64,000 nucleotides of DNA from the human T2T-CHM13v2.0 reference genome, Homo sapiens. Positions within the stretch are counted from its first letter, which is position 1. Each line of letters opens with the position of its first letter. Of this stretch, positions 39,098-56,840 are shown in pieces. The position numbers and the translations under genes are program-made. Location of the stretch: NCBI RefSeq assembly GCF_009914755.1, contig NC_060932.1. One strand, written 5' to 3'. The notes below the pieces were generated by a model. The model saw only the letters and a program-made list of their open reading frames with translations. It did not search any database and had not been told where the DNA came from.

Positions 39098-40114
39098 ATG
39101 GGGAAAAAACAGAACAGAAAAACTGGAAACTCTAAAATGCTGAGTGCCTCTCCTCCTCCAAAGGAACGCAGTTCCTCACCAGCAACCGAACAAAGCTGGA
39201 TGGAGAATGACTTTGACGAGCTGAGAGAAGAAGGCTTCAGATGATCAAATTACTCTGAGCTATGGGAGGACATTCAAACCAAAGGCAAAGAAGTTGAAAA
39301 CTTTGAAAAAAATTTAGAAGAATGTATAACTAGAATAACCAATACAGAGAAGTGCTTAAAGGAGCTGCTGGAGCTGAAAACCAAGGCTCGAGAACTACGT
39401 GAAGAACGCAGAAGCCTCAGGAGCCGATGCGATCAACTGGAAGAAAGGGTATCAGCGATGGAAGATGAAATGAATGAAATGAAGCGAGAAGGGAAGGTTA
39501 GAGAAAAAAGAATAAAAAGAAATGAGCAAAGCCTCCAAGAAATATGGGACTATGTGAAAAGACCAAATCTACGTCTGACTGGTGTACCTGAAAGTGATGG
39601 GGAGAATGGAACCAAGTTGGAAAACACTCTGCAGGATATTATCCAGGAGAACTTCCCCAATCTAGCAAGGCAGGCCAACGTTCAGATGCAGGAAATACAG
39701 AGAACGCCACAAAGATACTCCTCGAGAAGAGCAACTCCAAGACACATAATTGTCAGATTCACCGAAGTTGAAATGAAGGAAAAAATGTTAAGGGCAGCCA
39801 GAGAGAAAGGTTGGGTTACCCTCAAAGGGAAGCCCATCAGACTAACAGCGGATCTCTCAGCAGAAACCCTACAAGCCAGAAGAGAGTGGAGGCCAATATT
39901 CAACATTCTTAAAGAAAAGAATTTTCAACCCAGAATTTCATATCCAGCCAAACTAAGCTTCATAAGTGAAGGAGAAATAAAATACTTTACAGACAAGCAA
40001 ATGCTGAGAGATTTTGTCACCAGCAGGCCTGCCCTAAAAGAGCTCCTGAAGGAAGCGCTAAACATGGAAAGGAACAACCGGTACCAGCCGCTGCAAAATC
40101 ATGCCAAAATGTAA
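39098..40114 (+). pseudogene. ORF1: L1 ORF1p with premature stop (codon 49 CGA>TGA at 39242-39244)
   Basis: ATGGGGAAAAAACAG start; the downstream 218-aa ORF is the ORF1p C-terminal part. Confidence 0.93.
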
Positions 40115-40177
40115 AGACCATCGAGACTAGGAAGAAACTGCATCAACTAACCAGCAAAATCACCAGCTAACATCATA

Positions 40178-44006
<3,829 letters not shown>

Positions 44007-47000
44007 ACAATGAGATCACATGGACACAGGAAGGGGAATATCACACTCTGGGGACTGTTGTGGGGTGGGGGGAGGGGGGAGGGATAGCATTGGGAGATAT
44101 ACCTAATGCTAGATGACGAGTTAGTGGGTGCAGCGCACCAGCATGTCACATGTATACATAGGTAACTAACCTGCACAATGTGCTCATGTACCCTAAAACT
44201 TAAAGTATAATTAAAAAAATATTTAAAACAAAGAAAACAAATAAAAAAATTAAAAAAATAAAATAATGGGTTATAAGAGAGTATTTTATTTGCAAGCCTC
44301 ATGGTACCCTCAAATTAAAAAACATACAATAAGTACACAAAAAATAAAAAGCAATAAATTAGAGCACACCATCAGGGAAAATCATGTTCACTAAAAGGAA
44401 GACAGGAAGAAAGGAAAGAAGGAAGTGAAGACAACAAAACACCAGAAAACAAATAGCAAAATACATAAGTTCATACTTATCAATAACACTGAATGTAAAC
44501 GGGCTAAATTATCCAATCAAAAGAAATAGTGTAGCTGAACGGATGAAAAAACAAGACCCAGTGATCTGTGGCCTACAAGAAACACATTCCACCTATAAAG
44601 ATACACATGGACTAAATATAAAGGGACAGGAAAAGATAGTCCATGCCAATGGAAACCAAAAAAGAGCAAGAATAGCTATGTTCATATCAGACAAAATATA
44701 TTTTAAGACACAAGCTATAAGAAGAGGCAAAGAAGTTATTACATAATGATAAAGGGGCTGATTCAGCAAGAAGATACAAGTATAAATATATATGCAATCA
44801 ACACTGGAGCACCCAGATATATAAAGTAAATATTATCAGAGCTAAAGAGAGAGAGACCTCAGTACAATAATAGCTAGAGACTTTAACACCCCACCTTCAG
44901 CAACGGACATATCTCCCAGACAGAAATTCGACAAAGAACCCCCGAATTTAATCTGCACTATAGAAAAAATGGACCTAATAGATATTTACAGAACATATCC
45001 AAAGGCTGCAGAATACACATACTCCTCCTCAGCACATGGGTCATTCTCAATGTTAGATAACATGTTAAATCACAAAACAAGTCTTCAACCATTAAAAAAA
45101 TTGAAATAATATCAAGCATTTTCTCTGAACACAGTGGAATAAAACTAGAAATCAATAATGGGAGGAATTTTTGAAATTATATAAACACATGGAAATCAAA
45201 CAGTATGCTCCTGAATGGCCAGTGTGTCAGTGAAGAAATTAAAGAGGAAATTGAAAATTTCCTTGAAATAAATGATAATGGAAACCCAACATGCCGAAAT
45301 CTATGGGATACAGTGAAAGCAGTGCTAAGAGAGAAACTTATAGCCATAAATGCCTACATGAAAAAGAAAAAAAAATTCAAATAAATAACCTAATGATGCA
45401 TACTAAAGAACTATAAAGCAAGAGCAACCAAATCCAAAATTAGTAGAATAAAAGAAATAATAAAGAGCAGAAATAAATTATTTTGAAATGAAAAGAACAA
45501 TGTAAGAGATTAATGAAACAAAGCTGGGTTTTTTGAGAAGATAAACAAAACTGAAAAACCCTTAGCCAGACTAAGAAAAAAAGAGCAGACCCAAATAAAT
45601 AAAATCAAAGGTAAAAAAATAAACATTACAACTGATATGACAGAAATTCAAAGGACCATTAGTGGCTACTATGAGCAATTATCAGCCGAAAAATTGGAAA
45701 ATCTAGAAGAAATGAATAAATTTCTAGACACATACAATCTACCAAGATTAAATCATGAAGAAATTCAAAACACGAACAGACCAATAACAAGTAATGAGAT
45801 AAAAGCCACAATAAAAAGTCTCCCATTAAAGAAAAGCCCAGGACCTCATGGCTTCACTGCTAAATTCTGCCAAACATTTAAAGAAGAAGTAATATCAATC
45901 CTACTCAAACTTTTCCGAAAAAAAACAGGAGGGAGTACTTTCAAACTCATTCTAGAAGGCAAGTATTACCCTGATATCAAAACCAAAGACACATAAAAAA
46001 TTAAACTACAGGCCAATATCTCTGATGAACATTGATGCAAAAATCCTCATCAAAATACTAGCAAACTGAATTCAACAGGACATTAGAAAAATCACGCATC
46101 ATGACCAAGTGGGATTTATCCCAGGTATGCAAGTATGGTTCAACATATGGAAATCAATTAATGTAATATATCGTGTCAACAGAATGAAAGACAAGAACCA
46201 CATGATCCTTTCAACTGATGCTGAAAAACTATTTGATAAAGTACAACATCCCTTTAGCATCAAAACCCCCTAAAAACTGGGTATAGATAGAACATACCTC
46301 AACATAATAAAAGCCATAAATCACAGACACACAGCTAGTGTCATACTGAATGGGAAAAAAATTGAAAGTCTCTCCTGTAAGATCTGGAACACCACAAGGA
46401 TATCCACTTTCACTGTTATTCAACATAGTATTGAGAGTCCTAGCTAGAGAAATCAGTATAGAATAATCAATAGCATATCTGTATGTCAGAATCAACAATC
46501 TGAAAAAGAAATGAAGAAAGTAATCCCATTTACAATAGCCACAAATTAAACTAAATACCTCGAAATTAACTTTACCAAAGTGCATCCAAATTTGAAAGGA
46601 AGAAGTCAAATTACCTTTGTTTGCAGATGATTTGATTTTATATTTGGAAAAAAACCAAAGACTCCACCAAAAACGATGAGAACTGACAAACACATTCAGT
46701 AAAATTGCAGGATACAAAATCAATATACGGAAAGCAATAGCATATCTATATGCCAGAGTCAACAATCTGAAAAAGAAATGAAGAAAGTAATCCCATTTAC
46801 AATAGCCACAAATAAAACTAAATACCTAGGAATTAACCAAAGAAGTGAAAGATCTCTACAATGAAAACTATAAAATACTGATGAAAGAAATTGAAGAGGA
46901 CACACCCACATACAAAAAAAAATTCCATGTTCATGAGTTGGAAGAATCAATACTGTTAAAATATCCATACTGCCTAAAGCAAACCACAGATTTAATGTAA

Positions 47001-48493
47001 TCCCTATCAAAATACCGATGACATTCTTCACAAAAATAGAAAAAAAATACTAAAATTTATATGGAATCACAAAAGACCCAGAATAGCCAATGTTCTCCTG
47101 AGTAAAAAGAACAAAACTGGAGAAATCACATTACCTGACTTCGAATTATGCTAAAAGCAATAGTACCAAAACAGCATGGTACTGGCATAAAAACAGACCC
47201 ATAGACCAATGACACAGAGTACATAAGCCAGAAACAAATCCACATACCTAAAGTGAACTCATTTTTGACAAAGATGCCAACAACATACACTGGGGAAACA
47301 GTAGTCTCTTCAATAAATGGTGCTTTGAAAACTGGATATCCATATGCAGAAGAATGAAATGAGACCCATATATTTTGCCCTACACAAAAATCAAATCAAA
47401 ATGGATTGATGACTTAAATCTAAGATCTCAAACTGTGAAACTACTACAAGAAAACATTGGGGAAACTATCCAGGACATTAGTCTGGGCAAAAATTTCTTG
47501 AGTAGTACCCCACAAGCACAAGCAACCAAGACAAAAATGGACAAATGGGATTACATCAAGTTAGAAAGCTTCTTCACAGCAAAGGAAACAATCCACAAAG
47601 TGAAGAGACAACCCACAGAATGAGAGAAAATATTTGCAAACTACTCATCTGACAAGGAATTAATAACTAGAATATATAAGGAGCTGAAACAACTCTATAC
47701 GGATCTAAGCATCAACATAATTGAACTCATGGAGATTGAGAATAGAAGGATGGTTATCAGAGGCTGGCTGGGAAAGGTAGTGTGGGGATGAAAGGAGGTG
47801 GGGATGGTTAATGGTTACAAAAAATAGAAAGAATAAATAAGACCTAGTATTTGATAGCATAACAGGGGACTATAGTCAATAATAATCTAATTGTACAGTT
47901 TTAAAATAACTAAAAGAATATAATTGGATTGTTTGTAACACAAAGGATAAATGCTTGAGAAGATGGATACTCCATTCTTCAGGATGTTATTATTACAAAT
48001 TGCATGCCTGTACTGAAATACCTCATGTAACCCTTAAATATACATACCTATTATTTACCCACAAAATTAAAGTAAACAGATTTTCAAAATAATAATAATA
48101 AAACAACAATGAGGTGCCAATACACACCTATCAGAATGGCCAAAATTCAAAACACTAACACCAAATGCTGGCAAAGATGTGGAGCAACAGGAACACTCAT
48201 TCATTGCTAGTAGAAATGTAAAATGGAACAGGCACCTTCAAAGATGGTTTGTCAGTTTCTTATAAAAGTAAACATACTCTTACCACACAATCCAGCAAGT
48301 AAGCATATTGTTATTTACCCAAGTGAGTTGAAAACTATGTCCAAACCAAAACCTGCACACAGATGTTTATAGCAGCTGTATCCACACTTGACAAACCTTG
48401 GAAGCAACCAAGATACCGCTCGGTAGGTGAATGTGTAAGTAAACTGTGATATAGCCAGAACAATAGAGTATTAGAATGACTAAAAACAAAAGA

Positions 48494-48678
48494 GACTACA
48501 AAATGTGGGAGGGTGGGAGGGGGTTGAGGTTGAATAAATTACTTACTGGGTACAATGTTCACTATTCATGTAACAGGTACACGAAAAACCCAGACTTCAC
48601 TACCAGGCAATATGTGCATGTAAGAAATCTACACTTTCAGCCTCTCTATACATAATTTTTTTTAAAGAAAAATAAAAA
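48494..48678 (+). mobile_element. Short L1PB (PB3-like) 3' end inside the L1MC1 3' region
   Basis: GGGAGGGTGGGAGGGG...GGGTACAATGTTCACTATT...CCCAGACTTCACTACC...GTAAGAAATCT plus A-rich tail. Confidence 0.8.
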
Positions 48679-49659
48679 GAAATGGCTATCAAACATGAAA
48701 AGACACAAAGAAACTTAAATGCATATTACAAAGTGAAAGAAGCCAATCTGAAAATACTGCCTACTGTATGATTCCAACAATATGACATTCTGGAAGAGAC
48801 AAAACTATGGAGACAGTAAAAACATCAGTGGTTGCCAGGAGATGGGGTTGGGGAAGAAAGGTGAATAAGCAGAACACAGAGTTTTTAGGGCAGTGAAAAT
48901 ACTCTGTGTGATACTATAAGATGGATACATAGCACATGTTTTTCAAAACCTAAAGTATGCACAACACCAATAGTGAGTTATAATGTTAACTATATATTTG
49001 GGCTAACAGGCGTATATCAACGTATGTATGTCAATGTCTCAATTGCATGTCAACAAATGTACCCACTAGAATGAATGGTGTCCATAGCAGGAGAGATTGT
49101 GTGTGCTTGGGGACACCGGGTATATGAGAACTCTCTCTACTTTCTGCACAATTTTTCTGTGACCCTAAAACTTCTCTAAAAATTAAGTTTATTAATTTTT
49201 AAAAGATGATACAAAAGGTTAAAAGACTGTTTATTTAATTGCTTAGTAAAATGCATGTTTTGAAAACCACAGATAGTTTTTGATAGCATTTGTGTAGCTC
49301 TTCCCATCTTATAGAACACATTTGCATGCCTCATCTAACAATCCTCACAATAAATGGAAAAAATCAGATTTATTCTCATTTTTTAAATTAATGAACTAAA
49401 GCATGGAATAGCATTTGTAAAATTTTGAGATAATTTTCACCACTATTAAAAATTATTTTTGTTAAAACAAGATGGAAATTATTATTTGCAGACTTGTAAA
49501 GGTATGCAGATTTGAGTTTCATTAATTCTAGACCCTCTTTCTACTACACAGGAAGAATTATTATTATTATTAATGCTTATTCCAAAGATGATTCTAAAAC
49601 ATAAAGCTCAAATACCCATAAAGTGATAGATGGCTCCCCATTTTCAAATGCAAAATAAT

Positions 49660-49857
49660 TTCATATATGTATACTATCACACTTGATCTTCACATTGACT
49701 GCATGAAACAAGCAAGATTATTACTATACCCTTTTCCATAATGAGAGAATTAATGCTAAAATTATTTATCTGCCTAAGATCATGCAGCTAATAAGTGGCA
49801 AAATCAGAACTCAGACTCATATTTTCTCACTCCAAGTCTATACCCTTTCTCTTATAT
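49660..49857 (-). mobile_element. MIR relic
   Basis: CTGCCTAAGATCATGCAGCTAATAAGTGGCAAAATCAGAACTCAGACTC is the reverse MIR core. Confidence 0.65.
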
Positions 49858-50554
49858 CTATAGATGCCCACAGATTACAGGACTCTTCATCTATGGCCTG
49901 ATCTTTTTTGGAATAGAAAGTTTTTTACATGTGCATAACTAACTTTAAAAAAATAAACATCTAAAACTCATGGGAGTTTTAATCACATTGATACTTGCTT
50001 CTGAGACTTTGGGAAGACAGTAGGAGGTCTAGGTTCTAAAAGTTGTTTTGAGTTTCAATTGAACTGCAGCTATTTTAAGACTTGTGGGGCACAGACAATT
50101 TTTAAATCTTAGACTTCTCTGATATTTCTCACGTAGATTAGTACCACAATTCAAACTGGATGTCTACGTTCTTTTGCATTAAACAATCCTTAGAAATCTC
50201 TTACCAGGAAGAGAAAACAAAGCGCACATATTCTCTCTCCTTTCATATTCTACTGGGTGTTTTATTTTCTGTAATTAGTCCTACATTGTCTGGAATTATC
50301 TTTTCCTCTTTGTTCACTAGAGAACCTTGAATTTAAATTTTGACTTTGCTACTTATTATCTATATGTGCTAGGAAAGTTAATTAACAAGAGATGAGGATA
50401 ATATGGATACCATAGAGGTTTTGTGATGAGTAAATAAGTAATGTATTTTAAATGTCTAGAACAGACGCTGGTGTATTGAAACTTTAATTAACCTTGGTTT
50501 CCTCTTTCTCTCCTAATATTTGAGACCAGAAAAGAAAAAGCGTTTTCTCTGTGT

Positions 50555-50745
50555 ATTTTTTCTCAAATTAAGGAGCATAAGAATCACATGGAGTTTGTGA
50601 ACAAGACAAATTTCAGGGGAAAAAAAACCCAAAACTTTTGATGTGGTAAATCTAACATAAGGCTAGGAAATTTTGATTTATAATAAGCAATTTAGGTGAT
50701 TGTCATGAAGGTGATTCTCAACCTAGGTGATTCTAAATGTTAGTT
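50555..50745. mobile_element. MER5A-like hAT MITE relic
   Basis: TTCTCAAA...GCATAAGAATCACATGGAG...AATAAGCAATTTAGGTGATT. Confidence 0.5.
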
Positions 50746-50749
50746 TAAA

Positions 50750-51313
50750 ATATGTTAAACAACCCAGAAAACATAGTAAACCTAGGAGATATCTATTTAG
50801 AATAAAAGAAAGCAATAACTGATATTAAAGAGGAACAAAGAAGATACAAGGTATATAGAAAATAGCAAAATGTCAGACACATATATTACCTTATCAATAA
50901 TTGCATTAAATTTAAATGAATAAAACACTCCAACCAAAAGGCATATATTAGCAGAACTGATTTTTTAAAGGACCCAACAACATGCATGTGTCTACAAGAG
51001 ATACAGTTACACTTATAAACACAAATGAGTTGAAAATAAAAGAACAAAAGCATAGAAAAAAGACACATCCTGCAAACAGTAACTGAAAGAGAGCTGCAGT
51101 GGCTACACTAATGTCAGATAAAATAGATTTTGAGACAACAATTGTTATTAGAGACATAAAGGACATTTTTTAATAATAAAAGAATCAATCCATCCCGAAG
51201 ACATAATAATTATAAACCTACATGTGCCTAACAACAGAGCCTCAAAATACATGAAGCAAAAACTCACAGAATAGATATGAGAAACAGACAATTCTACAAT
51301 ATTAACTGGAAAC
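50750..51313 (+). mobile_element. Old L1M internal fragment (inter-ORF and ORF2 start)
   Basis: CCTTATCAATAATTGCATTAAAT...GACCCAAC...CTACAAGAGATAC...GCCTCAAAATACATGAAGCAAAAACT. Confidence 0.8.
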
Positions 51314-51898
51314 TAAAATCAACCTTCCAGACTCCGCAATCCCTCCCTCATGTAGCCAACATAAAATGACTCAGGAAATTAATCGTCTGAATCCAGGTCT
51401 CAATCAGACTCTGAGTTTCATGCCAAGGTAGTGCCCATGTTTAAATCCATAGTGTATGTGGGTTAGTCCTTTGATATCATGTGGTGGGTTGCATCATCTC
51501 ATTCTTATCATTACCATTCATATATTTCTGCAGGGAAAATTTTTTTAAATAAAGATTTAAATAATAAGCATTTAGAATTTTGTTTTAATTTAAGTAGCTT
51601 TCCACTCCTCACTCAATAGCTATTCAGTGACATTAACTGTTCCTTTGAATTTTCTATTAACACTGTTCAGTCAGATTCATGAACAGTTTTATGCTATGGC
51701 TATATGCAGTTCAGAGAGTTATTGTGATTCATGTCCTGTATATTCTCAGGCAGATTAGTGTTAATTTTCAAATGACCTTTCCTGTTGTCTCAATGGCTTT
51801 AAGGTTTCTATTTCAGTATGAAATACTCAGTTATGAATTTATATCAAAAAATTGTTTATCACTTGACTTTTTTCTTGAATTAAAAAATATCTTCAGGC

Positions 51899-52011
51899 GA
51901 TAACATCGGAAAAACCCTTCTAGACATTGGCTTAGGCAAGGATTTCATGACCAAGAACCCAAAAGGAAATGCAATAAAAACAAAGATAAATAGCTGGGAC
52001 CTAATTAAACT
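51899..52011 (+). mobile_element. Isolated internal L1PB-type ORF2 fragment (~113 bp)
   Basis: GATAACATCGGAAAAACCCTTCTAGACATTGGCTTAGGCAAGGATTTCATGACCAAGAACCC...GGGACCTAATTAAACT; no 3'UTR or poly-A. Confidence 0.82.
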
Positions 52012-52113
52012 TCTCCTTACCCGAGTCGTCTTTAATCTTCCCTCTTCCTATTTCCCACATCTCATTTTTCTCCCAATGCCATCAATTTTGCCTCTAAAAT
52101 TCCCCAAAACATC

Positions 52114-52603
52114 TTTGATAGATTAAAAATAGATGCAAATTATTTGCCACTCCTCCCATCCTGAGGTGTAATCTAACCTTCCTCCTGCTTTGACTGGATT
52201 TGGCCATGTGACTTGGTTTGGCCAGTGGGACATCAGGAGATGTGACACAAATAGAGTTCTGATAAGCACATAGACCTTGGGGCTTGTCCTCTTGAAACTC
52301 TGCTGTGAGACCACCATGGTGAAAGGAAGTTAGTCTAGCTTCCAGGAGAAAAGGCCACATGGAGGAGAGGAGAGATGACTTACCCCACAGTTAGCAAGAA
52401 CAACCAGACACATGAGTAAATCCATCTTGAACCATGCAGGCTTTCAAGCCATAATGTGATTGCAACCATAGGAATGAGCCCAAGAAAGATCAATGGTAGA
52501 ATCATCTAGCCAACCCATAGATTGATGAGAAATAATAAATCATTCTTTGCTGCAGCCACTCAGTTTGGTGTGGTTCGCTAAGCAACAAAAGTTAACAGAG
52601 ACA
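52114..52603 (+). mobile_element. MLT1G/H-like solo LTR inserted in an L2 relic
   Basis: …GATTAAAAATAGATGCAAATTATTTGCCACTCCTCCCATC…AATAAATCATT…AACAGAGACA; TSD ACATC / CCATC. Confidence 0.8.
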
Positions 52604-53699
52604 CCATCCCTTCCTATCTATGTTGTCAAGCCTACCTGAGACTCACCAAGTCTCTTCTGGGTTTTGGAAATAGCAAGGTAACTGATTTCTGTAACTCTCA
52701 CACTTCCCCTTCGAATTTATCAAAAAGTCACCATCTTTATTACATTCATATATATTATTTCTATACTAAGAAACTTTCAATAAGAACATTGCTGTGAATA
52801 ACAGCCCAAATCATTCATGCCTTTTATATTATCTGCCCAGTTTACTATTCCAGCCTCATTCTCACCACATCTACAATCCTGTATTCTGTATAACTTTACA
52901 CATTTTCACTACAACGTTTATCGTCTATTTACATAATGTTTATGTATTTGTTATATTTGTTCTGCTATTTGTAGTAAACTATAGGTTACTACAGTACCTA
53001 AAACAAAGTAGACATGAAATAAGTGCCTGTTGTGTGAATGCTATTACTATGACTAGGATATTTTGTTTTTCATTGTTTCATTTGAACTTCAGTCTTGAAA
53101 ATAAGACAACTTTATGTCCATTTTACAGATGAGGAAACAGATTCAAAATAGGTATGAGCCCTACTTTGGTCTCAGAACACTACAGCCTTAAATAAAAGTG
53201 TGATTATCTGATTCCTAGCAGAGTACACTTTGCCTTAATTAGCTACTCTCCATTTTCAAAACACTATGTATTTGCATGCTTTCCAAAAGAAAATTTAAAT
53301 ATTCCACCAAAATCCAACTTTGTCAGTGTTGTATAATTCTGTGTAATATTTCTTTGATTTCCCTTTATAATATTCACTTTTGTCCTTTAATCTAATATAA
53401 ATTTGCATGGTAACAAAATTGTTAATTTATGCTTCTTATTATGATCAGTCCTTAAGTAACCCAACCCCTTCTCCAATGTCTTCAGAGAAAGCTTATCATT
53501 ACAGAAGGCTCTGCCTGGTAAAATCAACATATTTAATCTTCATGTGTAATAGTTGGCTGAAAGCCAATAGAATCAAAAGGGCAAGTCTGAGCAAGGAAGA
53601 AAACAGGCAAGAATAGATGAGCACAGGGGCAAAACATCCCTTTAATAGATGTAATAGTAAGTATATTTTATTTTGTAGGGAATGAGTGATTCTGATGGG

Positions 53700-53905
53700 T
53701 TGAGTAAGTCACCAATGGCTTCTCCCATTTACCTGATTATCACCTTGGGTATTTAATTTCTCTAAGTCTTAAATACCTCGTTTGAAAAATAAGAGTAATG
53801 TTGCTTCACAAAGTTGTTGGGGGTTTGGCTGAAATATTGTATACATAGAGCACATTACACCATGTCTGGCATATAGCAAGAAAGCAATAAATTATAATAA
53901 TTATA
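53700..53905 (+). mobile_element. MIR relic
   Basis: CACCTTGGGTATTTAATTTCTCTAAGTCTT...AAAATAAGAGTAAT...CATGTCTGGCATATAG. Confidence 0.6.
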
Positions 53906-54810
53906 ATTCTTTTCATGTTAGATAGTGAAAGATTTTTCAGGGTAGAGTAATTGCTTATAAGCAGTACTGAAGTTTTGAAATTATACCCCCAAATTAAAGC
54001 TGTTTTGTTAAATGCAATAATATTTTATTGGAATATGGGTATTATCGTATGTTAAGACTGGGAGGAAGATATTGGCAAGATTGTGTAAAATGCTCATGGG
54101 TATACCAATCATATGGCAAGATGAATGACACTACTATGATTGATGTGGACAATAGCAATTCGCTCCCTACAATTTGGAAGGTGCACAAGCTTCTTTAAGG
54201 AATCTGAGCACTCCGATACCACTGAAAGAACAGGGGTTCCATTAGTATTGGGGAAATAGCCACGGGTAAAAAAAAATAGTATTCACCCCACTTGTCTTAC
54301 ATCTTTTCTCCTGCTGCTCATCTTGCTTTCACTCTTCCACTCACTTCAAAATAACATCTGTCCCTCTTGTTCTTGAAGTCCGCCATTGACTCCCACATAG
54401 CCAAATGCGATTAATAGTTTTTTAGCTCTCATCTTCTTTGACCTTCCAGTAGCATACAACACAGTTGATTACTCACTCCTAGAAATACTCTTTTGATCTG
54501 TGTGATGCAAAACTTTCCTGATTTTCTTCTTATCTAGCATCTCCTTCCCTCTCTTTAAATTATCTTTCTCTTCCATCTGACCTCATGTAACTCAGAACTT
54601 TCATTTTTTTCTCCCTAGCATCTATATGCCAATAATTCCAAAATTATATCTCTAGCCTACATTTCCAGACCCATATATATCCAATTCCTTACTTGACCTA
54701 GTCACTTGATCATCTCACTCATATCAAAAAATGAACATTTCAAAACTGAACTTGTTATTTTCTACACAATTTTTATCCTCCAGTCTCATATTATTTTAAT
54801 AAATGAGACT

Positions 54811-54852
54811 CCCTCTCTCTCTCTCTGTCTCTCTCTGTCTCACACACACACA

Positions 54853-54883
<31 letters not shown>
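54811..54883. repeat. Compound (TC)n(AC)n microsatellite
   Basis: Direct reading of the sequence. Confidence 0.93.
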
Positions 54884-54884
<1 letters not shown>

Positions 54885-55145
54885 TCTATTTACTCGAGCC
54901 AAAAATCTGGGCATAGCTTGATACAGCTCTCTCTTATCCCTACCTTTAATGTATCACTAAGATCCACTAATTTTACCGTCAAAATACCCCAAGTCCACCC
55001 ATTACTCTCCCTTCTCATAGCCAACATGCCAGTCCAAACTGTTGCAACTCTTTCACCTAGGCTAACGCAATTTTCTCCAAACAATTTCTATTTTCTTCCA
55101 CTTTTACCTCAGTCTAACCCAATGTTTATTTTGCAGCCAATGTGT

Positions 55146-55475
55146 TTTTTGGGGTTTTGTTGTTGTTATTGTTTTTGTTTTTGTTGTTTGAGATACAGTC
55201 TGGCTCTTTTGCCCAGGCTGAAATACAGTGGCGTGATCTCCGCTCACTGCAACCCAGAACTTCTGAGTTCAATGAGTTCTCCTGCCTCAGCCTCCCAAGT
55301 AGCTGAGACTACAGGCATGCACCACCATGCCCAGCTAAGTTTTGTATTTTTTTTTATAGGGATGGAGTTTCACCATGTTGCCCAGGCTGGTTTTGAACTC
55401 CTGGGCTCAAGCGATCCTCCTACCTCAGCCTCCCAAAGTGCTGGGTTTACAGGGATGAGCCACAGATCCTGCACC
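55146..55475 (-). mobile_element. AluJb-like
   Basis: Reverse dimeric Alu (CTCCTGGGCTCAAGCGATCCTCC); AATGTG on both flanks. Confidence 0.9.
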
Positions 55476-55882
55476 AATGTGGTCTTTTAAATGTATAGAT
55501 GAAATGGTGTCACTCTCCTGCTTAAAATCCTTCTATGACTTTCCATTGCACTAAAAAGAGACTCAAATAACTCACTGTGGCCCATAGGGGTTGTCATGAT
55601 ATGGCCCGTCCATGTCAATCTCTTCAATTTCATCTCATGCTATGCTGGCCCCACTACCTATTTAGCCATCTGGCCTTCTTTTAGTTTTTGGAACATGTCA
55701 CACTGTTTTCCAACTGCAAGATCTTTATCATCCTATCGTCTAGATCGCTGTCTATACACACCCTGCCTCCCACATCCAAACTGCACAAACTCTGTTTTCA
55801 ACTCCTATTCATTCTTCAGAAAGATCTTTTCTTTCCTTTTCTGATTGTCTCAACTAAAGGAGACGCCTCTGTGATCTTTCTT

Positions 55883-56191
<309 letters not shown>

Positions 56192-56309
56192 TGATCTTTC
56201 TTACAGTCTTGTTCTTTTCCTTCATAGCACTGACCACAAACTGCAATTTTAAAATTTATTTTAATTTTACAAATAAATTACAAATGTGTAATTATTAAAA
56301 TCTTTTCCA

Positions 56310-56840
56310 GGCCAGTGCTGGTGGCCCATGTATGTAATCCCAGAACTTCGGGAAGCCAAGGCAAGAGGATCACTTAAAGCAACCCACAACCCACGGGCTG
56401 CATGCATCCCGGGACGGCTTTGAATAAAGCCCAGGACAGCTTTGAATGCGGCCCAACACAAATTCATAAACTTTCTTAAAACATTATGAGATTTTTTTGC
56501 GATTTTCTTTTTTTAGCTCACCAGCTATCATTCGTTTGTTCTATGTGTGGCCCAAGACAATTCTTCTTCCAATGTGGCCCAGGGAAGCCAAAAGATTGGA
56601 CACCCTGGCTTAAAGCCAGGACTTCAAGACCAGCCTAGGCAACAAAACAGAGACCCCATTTCAACAAATCACTTTTAAAATTTAGCTTGGTGGTGTGTAC
56701 CTGTAGTACCAGCTATTACCTACTCAGGAGGCTGAGGTGGAAGGATTGCTTGAGTCCAGGAGATCAAGCCTGCAGTAAGCCATGATCTTGCCATTGCTCT
56801 CCAGCTTGAGTGAAAGCATGAGACTACCTCTTAAAAAAAA
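56310..56840 (+). mobile_element. AluJ split by MER30
   Basis: The left arm breaks at GGATCACTTAAAG and resumes at GCTTAAAGCCAGG. Confidence 0.88.
56380..56607 (-). mobile_element. MER30 (hAT-Charlie MITE)
   Basis: GCGGCCCAACACAAATTC...GTGGCCCAGGGAAGCCAAAAGATTGGACACCCTG; 8-bp TSD ACTTAAAG / GCTTAAAG. Confidence 0.9.

Noticed and set aside
54918-55490. 190-aa ORF as a novel protein
   Set aside because: It runs through an L2 relic and an antisense AluJ; the C-terminal half is the typical Alu-derived peptide.
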